A DNA stretch of 57,941 nucleotides from Octopus sinensis (Eukaryota): the NCBI RefSeq assembly GCF_006345805.1, contig NW_021833619.1, positions 1-57,941 on the forward strand. The letters are read 5' to 3'. A program made the translations under genes and the position numbers. Below, in pieces: positions 1 through 12,535 of the stretch (positions are counted from its first letter, which is position 1; every line of letters starts with the position of its first letter). The notes beneath the pieces were generated by a model. It made no database searches. It worked only from the letters and a program-made list of their open reading frames with translations, and was not told the origin of the DNA.

Positions 1-87
1 CGATTAGTTACCGTAATATATAAGGACATCAGTGTGTTAAGGCTTAAATAAAATCACACACACCACATACATACATGTATGTCTGCA

Positions 88-98
88 TATATATATAG

Positions 99-154
<56 letters not shown>

Positions 155-287
155 TATTATATATATATTTTCATGGTAAAATATACGTATACACACACAC
201 ACAAACACACATACGTATATTTTTATCTATACACATATTTATACACGTATACGTAAGTTTTTATATTATATGTATGTGTTATATATG

Positions 288-341
<54 letters not shown>

Positions 342-353
342 CATATATATATG

Positions 354-403
<50 letters not shown>

Positions 404-510
404 GCAATATATATATGTATATCTTTATAATATACAATCAATTATATGTATGTATATATATATATATATATATATATTTACATATATATGTATATATACA
501 CATACAAAAA
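88..510. repeat. Compound (TA)n/(CA)n microsatellite, representative of dozens across the window
   Basis: Direct reading; explains the YIYI-type ORFs. Confidence 0.95.
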
Positions 511-1682
511 TATACAAACACACAAACCCATGAACACACACACATGAATTAAATTAATGACCTGGTTAAATACGAACCAATAATCGTGACGTATTTTTGA
601 ATTTCTCTTTAGATTTATATGAGATAAAATTATATAAAACACAATCTGAAGAATATTTATTGCAATCGTTGACACATATGGACAGTTTTAATTCCATCAG
701 AGGAGTAGTTTCGACATTAGTGAAGTTTTAAATAAATTAAATCCTCATCCTAGACATAATAATTTTATTTCAGTTTCTCTAAATATTATTTTATCTGTCG
801 AAATCGTGCGTAAAAACCAATGTGAACACTGACACATACGCTAATACGTATAGACAGTCTTAGAATGAAATTTATAGAAAAATAGGAGATATTAAGCTAA
901 AGCAACAAGGCTGCAGTAATTATCAAAGTATGAATAAATGGTATTTTTCTTCATTATTTCATATTGAACAAAAGAAATATTAGAATCGATATTGGTTTTT
1001 AGAAGATGATGAGACAAACATAATCCAAGTATAGAAAGAAAAAATGCTTTTGTGACTATTAGAAAAATTTATCTGTAGATTTTCTTTTTCTTTTTCACGG
1101 TCACTATGACTCGTACTTTATGGATTGCCACATTTCTATGAAGTACTATCGAGTGTGTCTACAACATTCTTGATGAATCTAATGGAGGTCTTTTGCAGAC
1201 TTAATCCTAAGTAATTTGGAGGAAATCGTCCCAATGGGTTACATATTCTCCTATTACTTGACTAGAACATTATTTTATCGTTCCTGAGGAGTTGGAATCA
1301 AAGATGAACTCTGCCTTGGAATCTATCGTGGCCTCTGCTTAAGTCAACACTCGTAGCGTACCAAAACTCAGCGTGGACAATTCTTCATAGTACTACTGTA
1401 GTAATGTAGGAAGCAAATGATAAAATGGACGAGGTATGTGCGCATGTAATTAGTAAGATATACCTGTAGAGCTGTTAAGATCGGGAAATGGAAATATGCA
1501 GACAGGAGACAATTTCGAAAAGATGAATCACTGCAAATATTCAAAAAGATATAGCAGTTTCTGTATGAGAAGTACTCAATATATATATATATACGCATAC
1601 ATATAACTAGCTCTCTATTTAACTGCATACCTACCCACCTACCTACATACCTACCTACCAACCAACCTATATATATATATAT

Positions 1683-2012
1683 ATTAGTTATCCCAAAAAT
1701 AATGCGTTTTTATACTTTTATTTTTCAAAATTAAGATAAACAAAGCTCTTTTTTAATCGAAAATATACTCTCCTTCATTTTCTACAATGTTCTTCCATCT
1801 GTCCTATCTCCTTTGTTATCGTTTGGTTTGGGTTAAAAAGTTCAAAGTTGGCTAAATCTTTCGTATCCAACCAAACAAATAACAACACCTTACGTGGATG
1901 AAGACCTTCTTTAGCCTTAGGTGCCGTTGTTTCTCCATTCCTGTTTTCGTGGATTAACATTTTTATAGGGAACCCATTTTTCGTAACCAGTCACTATTCA
2001 GTCTAAAAAAGA
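1683..2012 (-). mobile_element. Decayed mariner (DD34D-type) transposase fragment with a probable terminal repeat
   Basis: Minus strand reads FLD*IVTGYEKWVPYKN and KEGLHPRKVLLFVWLDTK...FELFNPNQTIT, matching the mariner IVTGDEKW and LHPKKVMLCVWWD motifs. Begins next to (TA)n. Confidence 0.85.
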
Positions 2013-2029
2013 TTTATTTTAAAGAAATG

Positions 2030-2389
2030 TATTGCTTTCTGCGAGAGACTTCTAGAAGTCCAAATTCCTTAAGACGGTGTTTTATGATTGACACTCGAAT
2101 GGTAAGTCCGTATCTTTGCCGAATTTCTTTCAAAATCTCAACAGCGGTAATTTCTGTTTTTTTAGGGACAGTCTATGAATGTATCTATCTATTCTTACCG
2201 TTTTCTTGGTTTCCCAGGTCGAGAGCGGTCTTTATATTCATTTGTTTCTTTATAAAAATGGGCAGCATGGTAGACGGCTGTTTTTGGACACCCACCATCG
2301 CTTGAAATACTTTTATATGACCATTCCTGCCTGCTAAACTAAACGATCTTCGCTCTAGTTTCTGGTGGTAAGTTTTGTCTCTTACCCAT
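2030..2389 (-). mobile_element. Decayed Tc1-like transposase N-terminus (HTH region)
   Basis: MGKRQNLPPETRAKIV*...KTAVYHAAHFYKETNEYKDRSRPGKPRK...IIKHRLKEFGL resembles the Tc1 paired/HTH region with the GRPR motif. Contains stops. Confidence 0.7.
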
Positions 2390-2779
2390 CACAACTATTA
2401 ACTAACTTAATAATTGTAACAGCATGCAAATTTCCATACTTATATATTAGTCAAAAAAGCAAAAAAAAGAAAAATTTGCAAATTGGCGACGTAAATTACG
2501 CAAAACTTAATATTTAATTCAAAATTGATATGTTGATGTTATACTGTAAAGTTGTATATTAAAGCTCTTGAAATCATCTTTTTTTTCATATACACCTAAA
2601 TTCATAATTTGCAACTTGAATTATTTTATCGTTCCTGAGGAGTTGGAATCAAAGTTGAACTCTGCCTTGGAATCTATCGTGGCCTCTGCTTAAGTCAACA
2701 CTCGTAGCGTACCAAATGTCAGCGTGGACAATTCCTCATAGTACTACTGTTATATCGTTCTTAAATTAAATGACGCCCA

Positions 2780-2817
<38 letters not shown>

Positions 2818-3174
2818 TATATATGTATATATGTATATATGTTTTGTATGTATGTATATATGTTATAGGTATATGTATATTTATGTATATATATATATCT
2901 ATATATACATACATACATACAATATATATATATATAATATAATATATATATTTAATCAATATAGGGTGCCAAAAAATTTTGTAGAATTTTTTTGCCACCA
3001 GCGGCCTAGTGGGAAAAAATTGAATAGTCATAGACCATTTTTAAGTTCAACATCACAATCAAGGAACGGCCATAATAGGCCATTCACCCACTAGAAATAA
3101 CAGCCAAAGCTTCAACCCGCAAATAAACATCAATTCCTTAAACCAGAGAAAATTAAAAAAACATTTACCCTGTA

Positions 3175-3281
3175 ATTTCTTATACGATGCACCGTTTCAT
3201 CTACTGTTTAATGGTAAACTAACCTGATTAAATTAAATCAAGCCAATCTTCCATAGGCCCTTAGAATCATCAGTAAGAAAT
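3175..3281 (-). ncRNA. Type I hammerhead ribozyme motif (inverted copy)
   Basis: Reverse complement of the 3611-3715 motif with core intact. Confidence 0.8.
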
Positions 3282-3610
3282 AGCAAGTCGGAACGATATT
3301 TTCACGAGGCATTTCCGACCCCGCCTCGGCAATATCTGACCTAAAATTTTCAATCATCGCAACTCGCGCCAAATTTATCGGCAGCAAATAAATATAAGCC
3401 GCCGATTCCATTACGGAATTACCAGAAAATTCACAATTAATCAATATAATGAATTTGAATTTTCTGGTTAATTCCGTAATGGAATCGGCGGCTTATATTT
3501 ATTTGCTGCCGATAAATTTGGCGCGAGTGCGATGATTTGAAATTTTTAGGTCAGATATTGCCGAGGCAGGGTCGGAAATGCCTCGTGAAAATATCTGTTC
3601 CGACTTGGCT

Positions 3611-3715
3611 ATTTCTTACTGATGATTCTAAGTGCCTATGGAAGATTGCTTGATTTAATTTAATCAGGTTATTTGCCATTAAACAGTAGATGAAACGGTG
3701 CATCGTATAAGAAAT
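3611..3715 (+). ncRNA. Type I hammerhead ribozyme motif with long stem II insertion
   Basis: Stem I atttctta/taagaaat (8 bp), CTGATGA 3619-3625, stem II tcta/taga, GAAA 3692-3695, near-palindromic stem III cggtgcatcg, GUA cleavage triplet ending at 3707. Confidence 0.8.
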
Positions 3716-4091
3716 TACAGGGTAAATGTTTTTTAATTTTCTCCTGGTTTACGGAATTGATGTTTATTTGCGGTTGAAGCTTTGGCTGTTATTTCTAGTG
3801 GGTGAATGGCCTATTATGGCCGTTCCTTGATTGTGATGTTGAACTTAAAAATGGTCTATGACTATTTAATTTTTCCCACTAGGCCGCTGGTGGCAAAAAA
3901 ATTCTACAAAATTTTTGCAACCCTATATTGATTAATTATGATTTTCTGGTTAATTCCGTAATGGAATCGGCGGCTTATATTTATTTGCTGCCGATAAATT
4001 TGGCGCGAGTGCGATGATTTAAAATTTTAGGTCAGATATTGCCGAGGCAGGGTCGGAAATGCCTCGTGAAAATATCTGTTCCGACTTGGCT

Positions 4092-4198
4092 ATTTCTTAC
4101 TGATGATTCTAAGGGCCTATGGAAGATTGGCTTGATTTAATTTAATCAGGTTAGTTTACCATTAAACAGTAGATGAAACGGTGCATCGTATAAGAAAT
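4092..4198 (+). ncRNA. Type I hammerhead ribozyme motif (tandem copy)
   Basis: Same motif; predicted cleavage after 4190. Confidence 0.8.
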
Positions 4199-4317
4199 TA
4201 CAGGGTAAATGTTTTTTAATTTTCTCCTGGTTTACGGAATTGATGTTATTTGCGGTTGAAGCTTTGGCTGTTATTTCTAGTGGGTGAATGGCCTATTATG
4301 GCCGTTCCTTGATTGTG

Positions 4318-4395
<78 letters not shown>

Positions 4396-4777
4396 TGAAT
4401 ACCTCATATATTGCGCCGCGAAAACAGTGAAAAGTTTTGGAGAATGCACCTATTGAATGGATATATTAGCAATATAACCGGAGGAAGATACCTCAAGGGA
4501 GTTTTCTCTAATGCAGCCCTATATATACAATGTGGCGTAGTAAAAGAGAAGGAAAATCGAATCACTCACAATCTTAATAACGAAGAAAAGGCAAAAAGCC
4601 TTTTTATCGAATTTTGTTGTTAACAATGGCGTGTTCGCCATCGTCATTACATGCAGGTGAACCTTGATCTTTGAAAGTGGATGGCTAAAAGCAATTCATT
4701 TGTTAGCCTCTCATATATTTTTAGGTTTATTTAGGAATAAAATTTCTATTGTGGCCTTCTCTCCATTCTCTACACAG

Positions 4778-4853
4778 TGGAATTTGACTTGAAGAAGAAT
4801 TACCTGACATTACAGTGCCACATCCAAGATGGTCATTCTTTGAATTGTTCTTT
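4778..4853 (+). other. Candidate host exon (76 nt)
   Basis: Pyrimidine tract ccttctctccattctctacacAG before it and GTAAGT after it. One open frame (EFDLKKNYLTLQCHIQDGHSLNCS); product not recognised. Confidence 0.3.
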
Positions 4854-5311
4854 GTAAGTTTCTCCCTGTAGAGACCCTGTGTTCGTTATTTATAATTTCT
4901 CCTTCGATTGGAATTTGAAAATTACATTTTGCTTTTATTACAGTATACGAAACAGTTTTCGATACGTTATAATGACGGGACAACTTTACTGTGCGATTAC
5001 CAATAAAGTTTGATATGTTCGACTAAAATAGATTTCGATAAGGTTTTCGCAACTTATCAACAAATGCTGATTTATTTCACTAGAGTACACTACAGGTTTA
5101 ATAACGAAATCCTTACCAGAGTTTATTTGGCCACCATATACCAAAATTTACTTTAGCACTATATATCTAAATGTACTCAGTAAAAATAATTCCATATTTT
5201 TAATGAATTGGGCATAAGAAGAAGGCCAGAAATCTTAGAACATTTCAAGGTTGATCGAAAGATTTATGGAAGATGGTGTGTGACAATCACCGGTTGTCGA
5301 TGTGAAGTGCT

Positions 5312-5550
5312 AACCCGACGCTGATGACGGGTCAATACCTAGAAACCCGAATCCGTGTGTATCACGTCAGGTTGAAGATGGGAATGATGACTTCCCTTTG
5401 CAAATACTGATAGGGCACATGAAAGTGTGTCAATATCCAGCTGGAGGAGATGTCCTCCTGGGGCTACAAGCTACAGTAGCAGCCACCCTTAAGGGTTAGC
5501 CATATTTAAGTGGCAAATATACTTCACGATGTCGTGCAGCTACTGTGTAT
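5312..5550 (+). mobile_element. Dispersed repeat headed by a decayed type I HHR (5312-5373)
   Basis: acg-CTGATGA-cgggtcaataccta-GAAA-cccgaa-TC-cgt with distal aacccg/caggtt pairing. The downstream part recurs inverted at about 55420-55532. Confidence 0.55.
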
Positions 5551-6466
5551 ACTTCGCTCAGAGATTTATTATTGTTTTATAGTAAGCAATCTTTTACGCA
5601 TATTTTAGAAGCGTGTAGCTTTTGTTGCAAATGTATGTTGTATATATTAAGACCTTTGTCCTCAAGAATAGAATTGAACATACAGGCATGACTGTGTGAT
5701 TAAGAATCTCCCTTTGCTACCATGTGATTTAGGGTTCAGGGAACTTCGATCAAGTGTTTTCTATAGTAAACCCAGGCCGAACAATGCCTTGGAAATGTGT
5801 GTGTTTGCAAGTTTATGTCTATGCTTGTGTATCTTTATGAGTGCGTTTCCTGCTCACAAGTACCAAATTAAAAACATAATATACCCTGTGGTCCTTTTGC
5901 TCAAATAAAACCAGAAAAGGCGGTGCTCCAGCATGGCCGCGGTCCACTGGCTGAAACAAGTAAATCATAAATCATAACAGATAAAAGATTCGAATCTACA
6001 TCAATGTATTCTATTTTGTAAAACGAGGTCAACTGGTTTCCTTAGGCATAAATTTATATTCCCTCCCATCCATATAAGTGATCGTGGCAGCCTATATTCC
6101 GAATGCTATACACAAGAATTACAAGTATTTATTAGTATTGCAATACTGAAATTTAATTGACAGTACTCTGGGGAAGCCATCGGTTTCTTCGTTTCTTTGC
6201 TCAATTGCCGTACTGTGAGATATCAAAGAGGACGCCGTCAACTATGTTTTACATGCGTGACTGTAGTTGGCTGTTAGAATGTTTGGCAAATGTCCATGAT
6301 GAATATTAAGAGACTTAAAATTTTCTTGTAGTGATGGTGGTCGGTTGTGCTTGTAAATATAGCTCAAATATGTGTGCGTATATGCATATATGTATACAAA
6401 TATGTATGTATGTTTGTTCATATATGTATGTACATTATATATGTATATACATACGTATATATATAC

Positions 6467-6499
<33 letters not shown>

Positions 6500-6553
6500 C
6501 ATATGCATATATATACATATGTATATATGTACATTATATATGTATATATATAC

Positions 6554-6596
<43 letters not shown>

Positions 6597-7333
6597 TATA
6601 AACACTGGGCCTATTGCACCACCACATATATGTATATCCATTCACACACTTATATGTACATAGACACTGACACACGCACACACACACACACAAATGGTTG
6701 GTGCTAACTGTCAGGTAAAATGAATGCTCAGCACCATAGTTATGGTTATTAAAGAATCTTCTTTGAGACGAGATTCTGTTGCTGCACCTATGGGTGTAGA
6801 TAATCTTTCGACTTTGCTGATGATGTTCTTTACATACAAGAAGCAAGAGCCATGGGCTCGACAACACTCCAAAGCACAAGCGCTCAGACACGCATGCGCA
6901 TAGGTAGGAAAATGTCACATATAATTGTGCATGTGTGTGGTGGGGTGGTTGGTTTTGGGTGTGTGTGAGTCAGTGTGGGTATGCCTCTTTGTATGTTTGC
7001 GTTTGTCAATAATCGATAGCTACGCGATTTTTATGAAGATTTCAAAAAATATGTTAAATCAGTCATTTTACACCAATAAATAGAGTACCACACGTCCTAC
7101 TGGAGTTGATTTGACTGAAAAAAAGGTCCTTGAAAGAGGCGCAGGGGTCGAACGTAACCACAATCCAGTTGTTCGAACCGTAAAGGAGCTAAAAATAGGC
7201 AAAAATCTCCATAATTTCTCTCATCTCTCTCTCTCTCTCTCATTCTGTATGGATTTGCGTATATGTATATATGTGTGTCTGAGTGTGTGTGTGTGTATAC
7301 ATATATACATGCATGTAAATATACATACTTTCA

Positions 7334-7378
<45 letters not shown>

Positions 7379-7908
7379 TCTACATACTCATACACGCACA
7401 CACACTCATACATATATATACATATATACATGCATGCATACATACGTATATATGTGTGTATGTGTGTGTGTCTATGTGAACGTACGCGGATTATATTAGA
7501 ATACATGTATGTATATTCGCATGGATTCATTGTCTGATGCTTAGCCATAGATTAACTGAATTGGCCATACGGTTTCTAATTATGACCGCGCCAACGTTTT
7601 TCATATATAAAGCTAAGATTTGCAATTTTAATTTTCTGTCTAAAAGCATTAGATTGTAACATGAGACTTATTTGGCTGCTCTTTCTAGCATTTCAGGTAA
7701 ACTCATAAATGGTTCAGCATTTGGATATCGGTCTATTTACTAATGATATTAAGTAAGAAACGATCGTATATAATATTTCATATTTCTTCCATGCGCATGT
7801 GCGACCAGACAATGTTTTACATTAATACACATTATGTTTCTATTAATAGATTAGGGATACATGTAGACATCTGTGTGTGCATCTATCTGTCTGTCTATCT
7901 ATTTATCT

Positions 7909-7955
<47 letters not shown>

Positions 7956-8137
7956 AGCCAATCAATATATCTTTTTCTCTCTCAATATATATTATAAATT
8001 ATATATTAATGCTAAGCGTGTGCCTACATATACACATGCACACACATATATGCATATATATTCAGATATGTTACACAATCCTATGCATACAAAGATTTAT
8101 ACCTTATATACATATATATATTATATAATATATATAT

Positions 8138-8181
<44 letters not shown>

Positions 8182-8990
8182 CATGTATGTGATTGATTTT
8201 GATTTGATTTTTCCAGTTTCAGCTTATGAGCTGTGGCCATGCTGGGGCACCGCCATTTGGTGTTGCTACTTGTATGTATATATGTATGTATATATACATA
8301 TACATATGTATTTATATTTATGTATGTTTGTGCGTATATATATATATATATGTACATAATACATATACATACGTATGTAGTGTATATATTTTACACATAT
8401 TTATATAAGTATATTTGTAAATAACGCTATATGCATATAAAAATACATTCACACACACACACACACATAAACATTGTCATAATACATATGCAAGCATACG
8501 TGATATACATCTATACGCTTTCATATGTACATAAATACAATCACACATAGAGCTATATATACATATATGTGCATATGTATGTAAGTGTGTATGTTTGTGT
8601 GAAATCTGTATGACTTTGTCTGTATATTTGTTTTGTGTAATTTTCTCCATTAAAGACCTGATAGAAGTTATTTACACCAAAACATAACTTTAGAAATCCT
8701 TTCCAAAAAATTTCTCGGTGAAAAGAGAGAAAAAAAAATGCTTCTATCAGTTTTGGTTATCACCATTATGGCAATAAAACTACTTCAAAGATTTTCAATT
8801 CCCAATAAGTATGAAATACAGATGTATACTGCAATAGCGACATAGATTTAAACACACATGAATATACACACACTTATGCACAATCGTTTGCACACATTCA
8901 AACACTGTCTCACACCCGTAGACGGATATATATTCTCCGGTACTTTTAAAACGTAAATGTTTGGGGTGGGGTTGCTGTACATTTACATGC

Positions 8991-9065
<75 letters not shown>

Positions 9066-9119
9066 TTATGTGTGTATGTGTGTGTGTGTGTGTATACATA
9101 TATGTATATATATATAGGA

Positions 9120-9316
9120 TAAACCGTTAGCCACTACACCATTTTTTCTCTCCTTGTTTCTCTCCTTGTTTTTTTCTGTGTCCCTTTCTGTTGAAGAGCG
9201 TAAGCTCGAAACGTAAAACGTAAAAGACTTTTCCTATTCCTGAGCGTTATACTAATACATCTGTTTGTTTTGTACACCACCTGTCTTCGTCTTTTGCTTT
9301 TTTCGTAAACTCTCGC
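9120..9316 (+). mobile_element. pLTR-like repeat, family B, between (TA)n tracts
   Basis: Homologous to 12060-12196 and 14578-14730; carries a minimal HHR-like motif. Confidence 0.7.
9184..9226 (+). ncRNA. Minimal type I HHR-like motif, variant core CUGUUGA
   Basis: cttt-CTGTTGA-a-gagc gtaa gctc-GAAA-cg-TA-aaa, followed by a 7-bp local duplication. Confidence 0.6.
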
Positions 9317-9326
9317 TATATATATG

Positions 9327-9365
<39 letters not shown>

Positions 9366-9727
9366 ACTCTTTTACATATTTCAGTCATTTGACTGCGACC
9401 ATACTGGGGCAACACATCAATCGATGTGCTTATTCTTTGTAAGACTAGTACTTATCCCATCGATTTCATTTTGCCGAACCGCTATGTGGTGGGGATGTAA
9501 ACACACAAACATCGGTTGTCAAGCGATGGTGGAAGACAATCACAGAGGCAAACAAGAAACACATGTATATATATATGTATGTATATATGTCGGGCTTTAT
9601 TCAGTTTCCCTCCACCAGATCCACTCACAAGGCTTTGGTCGGCCCGACGCTATAGTAGAAGGCATCTGCCCAAGGTGCCATGCATGTAGTTGAAGCAAGA
9701 TTCTTACCACACAGCCACACTTACGCC
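9366..9727 (-). mobile_element. tRNA-derived SINE with CORE-like domain (family S2)
   Basis: Reverse complement of the 34606-34994 family. Confidence 0.8.
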
Positions 9728-10214
9728 TATAGATACATCCATACATAGATTAATTAATCGATTGATTGAATGATTGATAGACAGACAGTCCATTAACAGT
9801 CGATATCCACTGCAGATTTGAAATGTCTTCGATCAAAGCATGACAAGTGAATTTTTCTCCTTCTCTAATATTTGCTCCCATCTGGAGTAGTTTATCCGGC
9901 TGTCGATTTGTAATCTGTTTCCCCTTTGTTTTACACTCACAATTTCAATCGGGTCTTACTCAGTCTAAGCCTTCTGCGATGCAAATTTGAGAAGCATTTT
10001 GGCATCGAGAATCTTGAAGACAGTAGTTTCGCTCACCCAATATTGCTTTGATACGGAAGTGCTTGGGTTTGTGTAAGAATGTTAGTTGCCTTTTGTGAAA
10101 ATCCTTAACGAAAATTTACTTCCATAAACAAGCAACATATTAAAACTGATAAATTCATTCAGGAATTTCATTCGCCATCATAGGCTTCTCGTTCAGAATC
10201 TTCAGACGTGCATC

Positions 10215-10283
<69 letters not shown>

Positions 10284-11257
10284 GTAAATGTCGAACGACG
10301 AGAATGAGTGCTCAACACCGCACTGGTGAATAGGATTTCTGTATTTGTGTATTAAGGTTACTCTTGGTTTCATGTTCTGAAAATATCTTGATAACTTAAC
10401 AAATTTTCAAGCCGACTACATGGAAGAATGGTGTTCGTCTCCATTTTGGATGAAAACGTCAGTTTTCGATATAGTTTCCATCTACACCACTCCATATGTG
10501 GGTGTACGGGTATGTGTTTCCACAGATGTTTATATTCCTAATATCTCCTCTGCAAGAAATAACGCATATATTTTGCAAGGAAATCAAGGTTGACGGCATG
10601 AATTATTAAAGACGCTATATCCTTTAAAGAGAAATCTTATGAATCAAACCCTGATCTTTCGATTTCCTCAATTCCTGGCCAAATCAAGTACGCAGTCAAT
10701 TTAGATACCATCAGATTCCTTCTTTCTATATATATATATACGTCAGATTCATTTTTCTACACCTCACCTACAGCATTGTCTATGTAATACCTCTTCAGTT
10801 GCAATCTGGTTTTCAATTAAGCATCGCGAACCATTGTCACCTTGTGTTCATACATTGGATTCTTCCTAGTTATTCAACCAACTGCTAAACACTTTGCGCT
10901 ATGTTGAAATTATAGAATATAAATTAATGGCTCTAAAGTGATACCATGTCTGTTGCTTCTTTATTCGCGTCTTCTTGCTATATATTTTTTGTATACATAA
11001 ATATATACATAGCATACAATCCGACGATACTTCAAAGTCACTGTCAACAACATTCTTGTTTAAGAAGAAAAAATTCGTACGCTCTAAAGGTATCTAGTAA
11101 CGATCAGATAAACGTAAAATTATTTTTATTAAAACTGAACATAAAAAGAAACATTAATACACACACACACATACATAAGTATATATGTATATACTCTTAT
11201 ATATATACATATATATAAATGTATGTATGAATGCATGTGCGTATATATATATACGTA

Positions 11258-11335
<78 letters not shown>

Positions 11336-11338
11336 CTA

Positions 11339-11386
<48 letters not shown>

Positions 11387-11993
11387 TCATTGCAGCTATA
11401 CATGAATGTTGGCTTCTTGACGTGGAAAAATTGTATGTATTCATAGATGCTCTCCTGAGATACACTTCTAACCACACCAATAAGATCTAACAATGTTTGA
11501 TCGTCAGTGTAACATCGTTGGATGTAAGCCGTTTGCTTGATATTCATATTACAAAACGAAAAACTGGATTTCATCTATAAAGCCATACAAACACCTATGA
11601 TAAAGTAATTGTTCGTCATGGAAAAATTCAAAATACCAACGACTGATTAAAGGAAAAAGTTTTACATTTCCTGAGTTTTTTTAGGTCGGCTTAGAAAGAA
11701 ATATTTTTAAAGGTCTTCAATGTGAAATTATTCAAGTTATTTTCTTGAACTCCTTAATTTGAGAATTCTTCATTCAAGCTTTGTTAGAATTTCCTGACCG
11801 TTAAAACAAGTCGTTTTGCAAGTTGAAAATTTTGATTCGATCTTTGGTCTTCTTGATCAGTAAACAATCGTAAATTCTGTATAGGTCACCTATGATTTAT
11901 TTGACAGCTATTAACTGTCTGGTAGATATTCACAAATGCATGTAATATATATACATGTGTACATATTGATGTGAATGAATATATGATGAAAAA

Positions 11994-12043
<50 letters not shown>

Positions 12044-12133
12044 TCGTTTCATCATAGCGAAACGTTAATAACTACACATTGTTTCCCTCTCTCCGTTTTT
12101 GTCGATCCGACACCATATTTCTTCCTCTCAATC

Positions 12134-12169
12134 CTTTCTGTCGAATAGCGTAGGTTCGAAACGTCAAAG
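12134..12169 (+). ncRNA. Minimal type I HHR-like motif, variant core CUGUCGA
   Basis: cttt-CTGTCGA-a-tagc gtag gttc-GAAA-cg-TC-aaag. Confidence 0.55.
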
Positions 12170-12223
12170 ATTTTTCCATTCTTCCAGCGTTAATTTTATA
12201 TATATATATATATGAAATTAACG

Positions 12224-12264
<41 letters not shown>

Positions 12265-12302
12265 ATATTATATATATATATATATATAGACACACATACA
12301 TA

Positions 12303-12535
12303 CCTATTTCTTTATTACCCACAAGGGGCTAAACATAGAGGGGACAAACAAGGACAGACATAGGTATTAAGTCGATTACACCGACCCCAGTGCGTAACTG
12401 GTACTTAATTTATCGACCCCGAAAGGATGAAAGGGAAAGTCGACCTCGGCGGAATTTGAACTCACAACGTTGCGACAGACGAAATACCGCTAAGCGTTTC
12501 GGCCGGCGTGCTAACGTTTCTGCCAGCTCACCGCC
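12303..12535 (-). mobile_element. tRNA-derived SINE, family S1 (full length)
   Basis: Pol III-like head with B-box gagttcaaattcc and central gtcgactttgcctttcatcctttcggggtcgataaattaagtacc domain; many copies in the window. Confidence 0.9.

Larger units (their letters stand above)
1269..2750 (+). repeat. 131-bp direct repeat pair (1269-1399 and 2620-2750)
   Basis: attattttatcgttcctgagg...catagtactactgt occurs twice with about 4 substitutions. Confidence 0.9.
2952..4319. mobile_element. Penelope-pLTR/retrozyme-like array of a ~483-bp unit: inverted copy 2952-3433, direct copies 3456-3935 and 3936-4319 (partial), between (TA)n tracts
   Basis: Arms are near-identical reverse complements, the tandem period is 482-483, and each copy has an HHR motif. 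Confidence 0.8.

Noticed and set aside
3141-3175. accagagaaa...atttaccctg resembles hairpin ribozyme loop B
   Set aside because: No loop A or GUC partner, and the other copies deviate.
3274-3290. agaaatagcaagt resembles the Cas9 sgRNA scaffold
   Set aside because: Short chance match that differs in the other two copies; no CRISPR array or cas genes in this eukaryotic window.
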